64,000 nt of DNA from Lingula anatina (taxonomy: Eukaryota; Animalia; Brachiopoda), in contig CM120640.1 of assembly GCA_051362555.1 (NCBI GenBank), forward strand, positions 29,655,967-29,719,966. Direction: 5' to 3'. Position numbers and translations under genes: made by a program. A model generated the notes under the pieces. The model saw nothing but the letters and a program-made list of their open reading frames with translations, did not search any database and was not told the origin of the DNA. Positions 51,601-64,000 of this stretch are shown here, in pieces. How positions within the stretch are numbered: the first letter of the stretch is position 1; each line of letters begins with the position of its first letter.

Positions 51601-54600
51601 TTGGACAGATGATGCATAACAACAATAGAAATCTGTGATAAGTTCATCATTTGAATGTGTCTTATGAAAAAGATTTTTCAAAGCAAAGGAATTGCAGAGA
51701 ACTGAAAATTACATTGAAAAGACTGCCAAATTCCATACCATAAAATAGTTAAATGTAAATAATTTTCACAAATCTTGACTAATATTTGTGGAATTTGTAT
51801 AGATGATGCATAACAACAATAGAAATCTGTGATAAGCTCGTCAATTGAATGTGTCTCATGAAAGAGATTTTTTTGGACAATAAATTGGAGAAAACTGAAA
51901 ATAACACTGAAAATACTGCCAAATTCCATGGTATAAAATAGTTAAATGTAAATAATTTTCATAAATCTTGTCCAATATTTGTGGAATTTGGACAGATGAT
52001 GCTTTACAATAATGAAAATCTGTGATAAGCTTAGCAGTTGACAGTGTGTAGTAGAATTGTAGTTGTTTGACATTTTGTATGGGAAGAGTGAGAATTATTT
52101 AAAACATTTTTTTTTTCGATTTCACAACATCTAATTAGCCTCACATTAAACATTAAATATTATGATTTGAGTTTGTTTGTGTAAGAGGTGACAAATTACC
52201 CATAACTGTCCTCTGAAAAAGAATATATACCCATTTAAGACATCTCCTTACTACCAATACCAGATGCAGATTCCTCCTTACAATCGGTTTCTGGAATCGG
52301 GTTAAGCACACCATTTGACAATGTCCTAAAGCTTGCCATATACCATCTATTGTACACATGGATGAGACATAGCATTGCTCTTGCTGTTATCTTTTGCTGT
52401 ATGTTTTTTCTACAGGAATTAGCCCTGACCAGACAGGAAGAATCAGTTCACCAAAAAAGCCATCACGCTGTATGGAAATGGTCACCTGGAAAAAGAACAA
52501 TATCTTTGAAAAAAGTGAAAATTAAATTCTAAAAACTGACAAATTTCCTACACTAAAATAGTTAAACATTTATAATTATGATAAAGTTAACCTTAGCAGT
52601 TGACTTTGTGTAATAAAAAGGATATTTTCGGAACATATAAAATTGAGAAAAGTAAAAATGACATTAAAAAAATTGCGAGATGCGGTGCTTTAAATAGTTA
52701 AACGTTAATAATTTTCACAAATCTTGTCTAATATTTGTGAAATTGGGATAGATGATGCATAACAACAATAAAAATCTGTGATAAGCTCATCAGTTGAATG
52801 CGTCTTGTCCAAAAGATTTTTCAGAGCAAATGAATTGCAGAAAACTGAAAATGACATTGAAAAGACCACCAAATTCCATGGCTTAAAATAGTTAAATGTT
52901 AATAATTTTCACAAATCTTGTTCAATATTTGTGAAATTTGGACAGATGATGCATAACAACAATAGAAATCTGTGATAATTTCATCATTTGAATGTGTCTT
53001 ATGAAAAAGATTTTTCAAAGCAAAGGAATTGCAGAGAACTGAAAATTACATTGAAAAGACTGCCAAATTCCATACCATAAAATAGTTAAACGTTAATAAT
53101 TTACACAAATCTTGACTAATATTTGTGGAATTTGTATAGATGATGCATAACAACAATAGAAATCTGTGATAAGCTCGTCAATTGAATGTGTCTCATGAAA
53201 GAGATTTTTTTGGACAATAAATTGGAGAAAACTGAAAATAACACTGAAAATACTGCCAAATTCCATGGTATAAAATAGTTAAATGTAAATAATTTTCATA
53301 AATCTTGTCCAATATTTGTGGAATTTGGACAGATGATGCTTAACAATAATGAAAATCTGTGATAAGCTTAGCAGTTGACAGTGTGTAGTAGAATTGTAGT
53401 TGTTTGACATTTTGTATGGGAAGAGTGAGAATTATTTAAAACATTTTTTTTTTCGATTTCACAACATCTAATTAGCCTCACATTAAACATTAAATATTAT
53501 GATTTGAGTTTGTTTGTGTAAGAGGTGACAAATTACCCATAACTGTCCTCTGAAAAAGAATATATACCCATTTAAGACATCTCCTTACTACCAATACCAG
53601 ATGCAGATTCCTCCTTACAATCGGTTTCTGGAATCGGGTTAAGCACACCATTTGACAATGTCCTAAAGCTTGCCATATACCATTTATTGTACACATGGAT
53701 GAGACATAGCATTGCTCTTGCTGTTATCTTTTGCTGTATGTTTTTTCTACAGGAATTAGCCCTGACCAGACAGGAAGAATCAGTTCACCAAAAAAGCCAT
53801 CACGCTGTATGGAAATGGTCACCTGGAAAAAGAACAATATCTTTGAAAAAAGTGAAAATTAAATTCTAAAAACTGACAAATTTCCTACACTAAAATAGTT
53901 AAACATTTATAATTATGATAAAGTTAACCTTAGCAGTTGACTTTGTGTAATAAAAAGGATATTTTCGGAACATATAAAATTGAGAAAAGTAAAAATGACA
54001 TTAAAAAAATTGCGAGATGCGGTGCTTTAAATAGTTAAACGTTAATAATTTTCACAAATCTTGTCTAATATTTGTGAAATTGGGATAGATGATGCATAAC
54101 AACAATAAAAATCTGTGATAAGCTCATCAGTTGAATGCGTCTTGTCCAAAAGATTTTTCAGAGCAAATGAATTGCAGAAAACTGAAAATGACATTGAAAA
54201 GACCACCAAATTCCATGGCTTAAAATAGTTAAATGTTAATAATTTTCACAAATCTTGTTCAATATTTGTGAAATTTGGACAGATGATGCATAACAACAAT
54301 AGAAATCTGTGATAATTTCATCATTTGAATGTGTCTTATGAAAAAGATTTTTCAAAGCAAAGGAATTGCAGAGAACTGAAAATTACATTGAAAAGACTGC
54401 CAAATTCCATACCATAAAATAGTTAAACGTTAATAATTTTCACAAATCTTGACTAATATTTGTGGAATTTGTATAGATGATGCATAACAACAATAGAAAT
54501 CTGTGATAAGCTCGTCAATTGAATGTGTCTCATGAAAGAGATTTTTTTGGACAATAAATTGGAGAAAACTGAAAATAACACTGAAAATACTGCCAAATTC

Positions 54601-57600
54601 CATGGTATAAAATAGTTAAATGTAAATAATTTTCATAAATCTTGTCCAATATTTGTGGAATTTGGACAGATGATGCTTAACAATAATGAAAATCTGTGAT
54701 AAGCTTAGCAGTTGACAGTGTGTAGTAGAATTGTAGTTGTTTGACATTTTGTATGGGAAGAGTGAGAATTATTTAAAACATTTTTTTTTTCGATTTCACA
54801 ACATCTAATTAGCCTCACATTAAACATTAAATATTATGATTTGAGTTTGTTTGTGTAAGAGGTGACAAATTACCCATAACTGTCCTCTGAAAAAGAATAT
54901 ATACCCATTTAAGACATCTCCTTACTACCAATACCAGATGCAGATTCCTCCTTACAATCGGTTTCTGGAATCGGGTTAAGCACACCATTTGACAATGTCC
55001 TAAAGCTTGCCATATACCATCTATTGTACACATGGATGAGACATAGCATTGCTCTTGCTGTTATCTTTTGCTGTATGTTTTTTCTACAGGAATTAGCCCT
55101 GACCAGACAGGAAGAATCAGTTCACCAAAAAAGCCATCACGCTGTATGGAAATGGTCACCTGGAAAAAGAACAATATCTTTGAAAAAAGTGAAAATTAAA
55201 TTCTAAAAACTGACAAATTTCCTACACTAAAATAGTTAAACATTTATAATTATGATAAAGTTAACCTTAGCAGTTGACTGTGTCTAATAAAAAGGATATT
55301 TTCGGAACATATAAAATTGAGAAAAGTAAAAATGACATTTAAAAAATTGCGAGATGCGGTGCTTTAAACAGTTAAACGTTAATAATTTTCACAAATCTTG
55401 TCTAATATTTGTGAAATTGGGACAGATGATGCATAACAACAATAAAAATCTGTGATAAGCTCATCAGTTGAATGCGTCTTGTCAAAAAGATTTTTCAGAG
55501 CAAATGAATTGCAGAAAACTGAAAATGACATTGAAAAGACCACCAAATTCCATGGCTTAAAATAGTTAAATGTTAATAATTTTCACAAATCTTGTTCAAT
55601 ATTTGTGAAATTTGGACAGATGATGCATAACAATAATAAAAATCTGTGATAAGTTGATCATTTATATGTGTCTCGTGAAAAAGAATTTTAAGAGCATATA
55701 AATGTGAGAAAACTGAAAATGATATTGAAAAGACTGCCAAATTCCATACCATAAAATAGTTAAACGTTAATAATTTTCACAAATCTTGACTAATATTTGT
55801 GGAATTTGTATAGATGATGCATAACAACAAAAGAAATCTGTGATAAGTTCGTCAGTTGAATGTGTCTCATGAAAGAGATTTTTTTGGACAATAAATTGGA
55901 GAAAACTGAAAATAACACTGAAAATACTGCCAAATTCCATGGTATAAAATAGTTAAATGTAAATAATTTTCATAAATCTTGTCCAATATTTGTGGAATTT
56001 GGACAGATGATGCTTAACAATAATGAAAATCTGTGATAAGCTTAGCAGTTGACAGTGTGTAATAGAATTGTAGTTGTTTGACATTTTGTATGGGAAGAGT
56101 GAGAATTATTTAAAACATTTTTTTTTCGATTTCACAACATCTAATTAGCCTCACATTAAACATTAAATATTATGATTTGAGTTTGTTTGTGTAAGAGGTG
56201 ACAAATTACCCATAACTGTCCTCTGGAAAAGAATATATATACCCATTTAAGACATCTCCTTACTACCAATACCAGATGCAGATTCCTCCTTACAATCGGT
56301 TTCTTGAATCGGGTTAAGCACACCATTTGACAATGTCCTAAAGCTTGCCATATACCATCTATTGTACACATGGATGAGACATAGCATTGCTATTGTCTTT
56401 TGCTGTCTGTTTTTTCTACAGGAATTAGCCCTGACCAGACAGGAAGAATCAGTTCACCAAAAAAGCCACCATGCTGTATGGAAAAGGGCACCTGGAAAAA
56501 GAACAATATCTTTGAAAAAAGTGAAAATTAAATTCTAAAAATTGACAAATTTCCCGCACTAAAATAGTTAAACATTTATAATTTTGATAAAGTTAACCTT
56601 AACAGTTGACTGTGTCTAATAAAAAGGATATTTTTGGAACATATAAAATTGAGAAAACTAAAAATTACATTGATAATACTGCCAAATGCGGTGCCTTAAA
56701 ATAGTTAAACATAAATAATTTTCACAAATCTTGTCTTATATTTGTGAAATTGGGATAGATGATGCATAACAACAATAGAAATCTGTGATAAGTTCATCAT
56801 TTGAATGTGTCTTATGAAAAAGATTTTTCAAAGCAAAGGAATTGCAGAGAACTGAAAATTACATTGAAAAGACTGCCAAATTCCATACCATAAAATAGTT
56901 AAACGTAAATAATTTTCACAAATCTTGACTAATATTTGTGGAATTTGTATAGATGATGCATAACAACAATAGAAATCTGTGATAAGCTCGTCAATTGAAT
57001 GTGTCTCATGAAAGAGATTTTTTTGGACAATAAATTGGAGAAAACTGAAAATAACACTGAAAATACTGCCAAATTCCATGGTATAAAATAGTTAAATGTA
57101 AATAATTTTCATAAATCTTGTCCAATATTTGTGGAATTTGGACAGATGATGCTTAACAATAATGAAAATCTGTGATAAGCTTAGCAGTTGACAGTGTGTA
57201 GTAGAATTGTAGTTGTTTGACATTTTGTATGGGAAGAGTGAGAATTATTTAAAACTTTTTTTTTTTCGATTTCACAACATCTAATTAGCCTCACATTAAA
57301 CATTAAATATTATGATTTGAGTGTGTTTGTGTAAGAGGTGACAAATTACCCATAACTGTCCTCTGGAAAAGAATATATACCCATTTAAGACATCTCCTTA
57401 CTACCAATACCAGATGCAGATTCCTCCTTACAATCGGTTTCTGGAATCGGGTTAAGCACACCATTTGACAATGTCCTAAAGCTTGCCATATACCATCTAT
57501 TGTACACATGGATGAGACATAGCATTGCTCTTGCTGTTATCTTTTGCTGTCTGTTTTTTCTACAGGAATTAGCCCTGACTAGACAGGAAGAATCAGTTCA

Positions 57601-57804
57601 CCAAAAAAGCCATCACGCTGTATGGAAATGGTCACCTGGAAAAAGAACAATATCTTTGAAAAAAGTGAAAATTAAATTCTAAAAACTGACAAATTTCCCA
57701 CACTAAAATAGTTAAACATTTATAATTTTGATAAAGTTAACCTTAACAGTTGACTGTGTCTAATAAAAAGGATATTTTCGGAACATATAAAATTGAGAAA
57801 ACTG
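33639..57804 (+). repeat. Composite tandem array: 19 copies of a ~400-bp unique segment, each followed by one ~136-bp partial and a variable number (usually 4) of ~194-bp monomers; modal unit 1,336-1,339 bp
   Basis: Recurring ORF positions 34575, 35716, 37832, 39171, 40507, 41844, 43180, 44324, 45661, 47000, 48336, 49673, 51009, 52153, 53490, 54827, ~56160, 57303 (plus ~33650). Unit lengths of ~1,144, ~1,337 and 2,116 bp differ by multiples of ~194. Confidence 0.97.
38010..53680 (+). repeat. Two tandem copies of a six-unit 7,829-bp higher-order repeat
   Basis: Constant 7,829 offset: 39171/47000, 40507/48336, 41844/49673 (shared SLFQ variant), 43180/51009 (shared short unit), 44324/52153 and 37914/45743 (shared extra T). 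Confidence 0.93.
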
Positions 57805-57964
57805 ATATTTTCTTAGTCTCTTCACGTAGCCAGTGCCAGCTTGCAAGGTCTATAATTATACATGGCACAGAGCTGCAATACTGAACAACCTATTTTTTGT
57901 GTGAAAACTAGGCAATGTGTGTGACCGTAGAAGATCTATTTCACTGGCCAGTCATTTTAATTAA

Positions 57965-58541
57965 CCCTTAAAGGCCCAAGACATGTTTTTCTTGTATGAA
58001 AATGTTAATACCTAGGTAATAGGGTTGTAATAAGCACATTTATCAATAAATGTTGAAAAAAAATATTTTGGGCGACATTGACCTAGTTTTTGGCTATGTT
58101 CCACCGGTGACCCACTGGGCTTTAGAGGTAAACAAATGACCAAGTTTCAGAAAATCAAAAACCTCTTTTTATTACAATAACAACATTAAAAAATAAATTC
58201 AAACATGGAAGTGTAGCTAAAAAACTTTATAAAACACTTCTGTGTGGTTTAAGACTATTGTATTTAGAATGAAAAGCCAGAATATTGAATTTATTATTTA
58301 CCTTGATATGACAATACAGACACATACAAATCCACTAGACAATAGCATTAGCGCCTTCTTATGGAGGAAGACATATTTGAGTGAAGTGAAGGATAATGAC
58401 CTAGTTTCTAATTGGTCAACAAGGATAAACTAGGACATAAAGGAATAGGAAATGGCAAAATTAAGTGGATTCATTTTGTGTGGTGTGGATGGGGACGTCT
58501 GAAACTTGTGGGTCACAGGTGACCCACTGGGCCTTTAAGGG
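57965..58541. mobile_element. piggyBac-type MITE (577 bp)
   Basis: TTAA TSD on both sides, 14-bp TIRs CCCTTAAAGGCCCA / TGGGCCTTTAAGGG, and GGTGACCCACTGGGC repeated internally (~58106, ~58518). Confidence 0.85.
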
Positions 58542-61249
58542 TTAAACTAAAAATGGAATAAACATAGAATCCTAGTGTAGAATGGGTCAAGCAGCAGTTA
58601 CTGAGTAGGAGAAAATTGCTCCTTACCCCAGGAAAATTCATTGGGGGGGGGAGGGGGGAGGAGGGTTAGATCTAGTAGAGAACTTCTTCAACTACAAGCA
58701 ATAATTTGAACAAATACCATGAACAGTTTTTAAATAATGTGACCTTTAAAAAGTTTGAATCAATTGCAGCTAATAACAGTGTTACGCTCATGACATTATG
58801 GCTATATTTTTAGCTTTTCACTTTTACTTTATTTAATAAGGTTTTTTTTTTTTTTTTTTTTCAGTTATGAACAACCTTGTGGAGAGATAAAACAGTGTTA
58901 TAAGTTTTACATTCTAGAAATTTTAACAAAATTTCTAAAATTTCATTCAAAAATTTTAAAATAGCCCATAAGGCCATATTTGACAATCATGCAGCAACAG
59001 ATGGGTATCCATGGAAGTTTTGTTACTATGGAAACACATAAAAAATGATATGATTAAAGTTTTCTAGGCACGTGATCTCCTACTTTTCCACTCACATATA
59101 TATATATTGTATACCATATCCCGCCAGGTGTCCAGTAACATCTAAAATCTGGAGATTCTAAAATTTTGCTCAATGGGGGGGGGGGGGGGGGGGGGGGTAC
59201 CGTTGTGCTCAGGTGCTCAGTGGGCGGTGGTGACCCCTATCTCAAACAATTAGAAGAGAATTATGAAGTTTTCAAAAGTTAACCCAACTATTCTGAAGAT
59301 AAATCGACAGGGCGTTAGCTGACAGTGGTGCAAAGTCGCTTTTATCCGGGAGATTTGGTTACATGTACGGATGACGGGTAGATTCGTTCTGTATCCGGGA
59401 GACTCCCAGATTATCCGGGAGAGTCGACATGTATAGGCCTACAACAAGCCCATATGAATGTCTCCCAGACTGTCTCCCACACGACTTTGATTTCAGGGAA
59501 ACTTAGATGAATGAACACCGTTTTGTGTTGATTAGATCTATGATTTTGTAGAAACAGAATGAAAGACACAAATGTAGATAAGATTTGTTCGTTATTACAA
59601 ACCAGAAAATAGTCTTAATACTTACCCAATAAACTAAATTGCACTCCCCTTCGATTGTGTTAAGTTGCAAAATTACATGTATTCCGCGCTTTCCAATCCC
59701 AAAAAATCTTCACTGAATCTTTGCATATGTAAGGCGAGGTGGCGATTGAATGGGAAGAGCTGACATTTTGTTACGTTGTTAATAATCCTAGATATATTCC
59801 ATAACGTGCGAAATGCTTGAAAATAGTATTCCAATCCGAAAGAACAAGTCTGTTGATGAAAAAAAGACCCGCAGTGAAAACGCAATCAACATATCTGTCA
59901 CAACTAACACACTATATCGGAGGAGAATCGGGGCACATCAAGCGCATCCCAGTTCAAGCTGTTTCTGCCTAGATCTTTTGATTTTTAGTTCAAATACAAA
60001 TTGATAATATTTTGGTTGAAAAGGATTTGAATTGGTTATTATTTAAAAGGATCCCAGTGTTCATTATTTAAAAGGAAAAGAAGTTATTTTTTACACTCCC
60101 TTTTTATTTTAATTTTCTGGGATGGTAGGTCTACCGGTATTGCCCGATATGTAGATCCAGAGGAGTATTGGTGTGGTTTAATATCCAGGAACTGAAGGGG
60201 GGGGGGGGGGAAGGACCCCCCTGAGACCCCCCTAAACCAGCCACTGCTCAGGCTGCAGTGTTTTGCCTGTGCTGCGGTCTCGGCCTCATTGTGACGACTA
60301 GCACAAAATCCATGCGTTGTACTGGTTGTGCTTACGGACGGCAGGAAAGGTCTCAAAAAGTGTAAAATTTCGACCAGTTTGCGCTCCCACAAAAAAAGAA
60401 GAAGAAGGAGAAGAAGAAATAGAAGCCTGTCCCTTCCTGTGTTGACGTGAAAAAAGTGGGCAGGGGGCTTTAAAAACAACTTCATTAAATTAAACCAAGA
60501 ATTTCAAGTCTTTGATTAGACCAGCCCGACTTATTCCTATTCACACGTAATTGAAATCTGGAGTTTTTATACTTATGAAGTACTAAAAATATATCGCATA
60601 TTAAAGCTCGAAAGATTGTTAACGCATTGCATAAAATTGTTTTCAGTTTTAATTTGTCAGTTTTAATTATGTAGTTTATTTGAAAACAACAGTTTTCAAG
60701 CACGCTCCTGTCAATATACAGAGACGGGCTACTTATTGACCCGGCCCTTTATAAGGAACGAACAAAACCGGTAGTTTTTAATTTTACCTGGTTTTACCTG
60801 GTCACTAACATCATTATCTCCGTAGCTTATGAAAAAGATGGCAAGGTTTTACTTTTTATGCCATTCGTTCTCTAAAAATGACCCAAAAATATTCATCGGG
60901 TGTAAAAGAACATGAGCATGATTAAAGTAATATGTTCAGTTCGTATACGAAGTTACGATTTCGTACGAGCACCAAAGAAAGGATCATGGAGCAACAAACA
61001 TCGACAACAACGTTAATTCATGTATAGTCATTTTACATCATATCCAGAAAAAGAATGACAACTGATTTTTAGTACAATTAAAAACGCCTATGAAAGAACC
61101 CTGGACTCTTTCACGTTGTTAATAAATTTCAGTCTCTCGGTTGAAATAAAAAACCCGATGTCTTTTAACGCGCTGCAAGTAAAAAACAAAAAAAGAAAAG
61201 AAAATGCCCTCTACCTTCAGAATGTTACGACATATATTGATATAGACAG

Positions 61250-61650
61250 GAATGTGTCAAATTCAAACAGGCTAATTCAGCTTTGATGAAAGCTGTTAAT
61301 CGCACACGACTATGAATGACAGTTTTTTTAAACAAACGTCAAACACAATTACTACACTCTTCTCTCCGAACATGTAAAACCCCCTATATCCTTTGATTGA
61401 CAAGATGCCAATCAAATTCATTAGTTTTAATAGCTGCTGTCAAGTAATAACAGCTTGATTGGCAGGTTATATAAACAAACGTCAATCACAATCATTACAC
61501 GGTGGATCACTATAGTCGTCGAAAACATTTAGTGCAAGCTTCCTACACCCTTTGATTGACAAGGTGCCAATCAAATTCAGTTAGTTTTGATAGTTGCTGT
61601 CAAAATATAACAGATCGATGGCAGGTTATATAAACAAACGTCAATCATCG
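61250..61650 (+). repeat. Dispersed repeat with 2-3 ~160-bp internal units, homologous (inverted) to 9985-10250
   Basis: CTTTGATTGACAAG.TGCCAATCAAATTCA...GGCAGGTTATATAAACAAACGTCAATCA occurs twice, plus a degenerate copy. Confidence 0.65.
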
Positions 61651-63183
61651 TGCACTGTGATTTCTCTTACTGTGAAACAGTGAGTACGCCGTTCAGACAG
61701 CGCTAAAATCTGAAGTTAGTAATTAAATTGCAAAATATTTCAAGAGAATATGTGCAATATGTTTCCAAAACTAGTTCTCTTTTTGAACCCTTCAGCGTCT
61801 CTAATACGACACTCTAGATTAAAAACTATTTTGTAAAAAGAAGAATTTAGCAAAAGCAGCCAATTTAAAAAGCAGATTCAAGTAAAGAAATATGACATTT
61901 GACGTTATTCTGGAGGTAGCGTATGGGTCATTTCTTGCGTGGAAGAAGGAAGGATAAATGTTTTTGCATAATATGTGTGGAATATTGACGGGTTCTTTTA
62001 CTGTCAAAGACTTTCTGCAAATAGATAAATTAAGTAATTAATTAAACGATACTAATTCATCTTCATTAAAGATGACATTTGTGTTGTGGTTGAGGTAAGT
62101 GGTTTAATTTTTGCGGGGGTAATTGTCAGCAAGGACCTGTGATAATAAGATACGTGGATGGAAAAGAAAAATATTAACTGTTAACAAAAATATTACTATC
62201 CTATTTAACAAACAAACCGCTACTTCGCTCTTGTAAGTATTTTGTTGGTTTATTTTACTGCAGTAAAGCGTGGATAAAATAGTTCAAAACGCCCTCACAG
62301 TGCCCTTGTTTATGCGACTTCAGCTGCTGGGGTTAGGTGAAGGGGCGAGGACAGGTGTGATTTATTTTTCAGAAACCGAAGAGGGGGGGGGGGAGGTCAT
62401 GACCTAAATCGCCACTGGTTTGTTATAACTCACCAATCCTCCAGCGGTCAATACACGTCTTCAACACATTCAATTTTATCTTATATAAGAATTTAAAGCA
62501 ATGCATGTATTTTATTTCCTCGAGAAATGACATTTTGACATAGGGGGCCGGTCCATATGTAAAAGCAACTTTTTATTCGCGGTAATATTCTGACGTTTGT
62601 CTTGTCTTAATATGGTTGTGACGTCTACCATAAATCTTTCAACACAAAGTCTTAAATCCCCGAGTGAAATACTTAAAAAGGTTTTGGTGACATGATGAGA
62701 ATCTTCTCTCTTCGTACATTCTATTTCACGAAAGACTTGAACTCACAATGATGTTAGCTGGTACCTCACGACAACCATGATTACATTTTTAACCAAATAT
62801 GCTTATCACAAGTGTTGATATCTGAATTTTCTTGATTATTCATTTCATGTGTTCATAGTAAGTTGATTTTCAGATAACAGTTTAGTCTGCAATACAAAGA
62901 GAAATATAAATCATGCAATTAATTTTTAGAAACGAGATAAATGAGTATGCTCTTAGTTAAGAGTAGAAATAAAGTCAACTGGTAATTTACTGCATTTGGA
63001 TTGCAGAAAAAAATAAAAACATGCAGATTTCGGAGTGTGATTTCGGAGAAGATGAAAGTACTGGATTTAGTGTGATTTCGGAGAAGATGAAAGTACTGGA
63101 ATCAAAGACAAATGATGAATTTACTTGCTTCATCTTTGTAGTGCTTACTTTTTTTTGTAACTCAGAATATTACTTCTACTACA

Positions 63184-63284
63184 GAGAGAGAGAGAGAGAG
63201 AGAGAGACGCTATTTCTACAGTCAAACTAAACTGCAAATGAGCACAAAGCTTAATTTTTTTGTGAACAAATGTATTTTATTTTA

Positions 63285-63327
<43 letters not shown>
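63184..63327. repeat. (AG)n and (TG)n microsatellites
   Basis: AG run at ~63183-63207 and TG run at ~63287-63326. Confidence 0.95.
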
Positions 63328-63330
<3 letters not shown>

Positions 63331-64000
63331 CTGTGTCGGCGTTACATTATATAAGTCTTTATTTGCCTTTCATATCGTTATTCTCCTACTGGTTATAACA
63401 AGATAACAAAGATGAAGATGAATGTTCACTGACTCAATAATATACATAAAAATCATCATGAATCATCCGAGTTCATGAAAGCGAGATCTGGAGCAAAAAT
63501 AAAAAGCTGTCTCCAAGACATCTGGACGCCCCCCCCCCCTCCCCCTCTCCCCACCCACTCCACAATACCCTGTTTTCAGCACCATTATAAATAGACTTCG
63601 AGAGTTCAGAACTGACGGTCAAAATCTGGTATTTGGATTTATTTCCTTTCATGCAGAGAACCTGATTATAATCATTGGTTTGAATGAGCAGTAATAAAAA
63701 GAACAGAGTGAAACCATTTCTGGCAATCAAGTTAACATTCGTAGCTGCCACGTCAGTCTTTGAAGCTAAAAGGATATAAATATTTTTTGCGTTTAATATT
63801 ATGGTAATTTGCATCAGTACTTGAATTACACGTAAGCTTACACAAAAGGAGATCTAATAACAGAAGTCCAGAAACAGACACACCCTTCCTCGTCTTAATA
63901 CATGTATCTACACATTAATTGGGCCACAGAGGGCAGCACTGGGAAAGTCCGATGCGTTTATTTTTTAACGTAAAATAATTAAAACTAGAAAAGCACTCAG

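Noticed and set aside
33639-57804. CRISPR-like repeat/spacer array or tandem family of small protein genes (60-115-aa ORFs)
   Set aside because: The context is eukaryotic with no cas genes, and the spacers are near-identical. The ORFs recur only because the DNA is repeated, and they carry stops and frameshifts between copies.
63034-63100. 32-bp direct duplication within a 69-aa ORF
   Set aside because: A simple local slippage duplication; the ORF runs into an AG microsatellite.
63981-64000. Start of a HINE-like element (AACTAGAAAAGCACTCAG)
   Set aside because: It resembles known termini from memory, but only ~20 bp lie in the window.

Overview
AT-rich eukaryotic DNA, probably from a marine invertebrate (inferred from the repeat families). 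The only clear host coding sequence is a cadherin-repeat exon at 1-585; the rest is intronic or intergenic and dominated by repeats. Positions 0.7-21 kb hold two dead Tc1-like transposons, a LINE remnant split by a Harbinger-type MITE, two inverted copies of an element with internal tandem repeats, and several small MITEs. The main structure is a hierarchical satellite at ~18.1-57.8 kb: a ~194-bp monomer builds a ~1.34-kb unit carrying a ~400-bp exon-like segment, and six units form a 7,829-bp higher-order repeat. The satellite is interrupted by a 12,062-bp P-element-like insertion (31-bp TIRs, 7-bp TSD). Inside it, a CCC...GGG CACTA/CMC-type element has had a second copy of itself inserted in reverse orientation, which produces a multi-kb inverted repeat. 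These elements carry dense TCCTATAGGA palindrome arrays and a decayed BEN-domain-like ORF. All coordinates were read by eye; no database searches were run.
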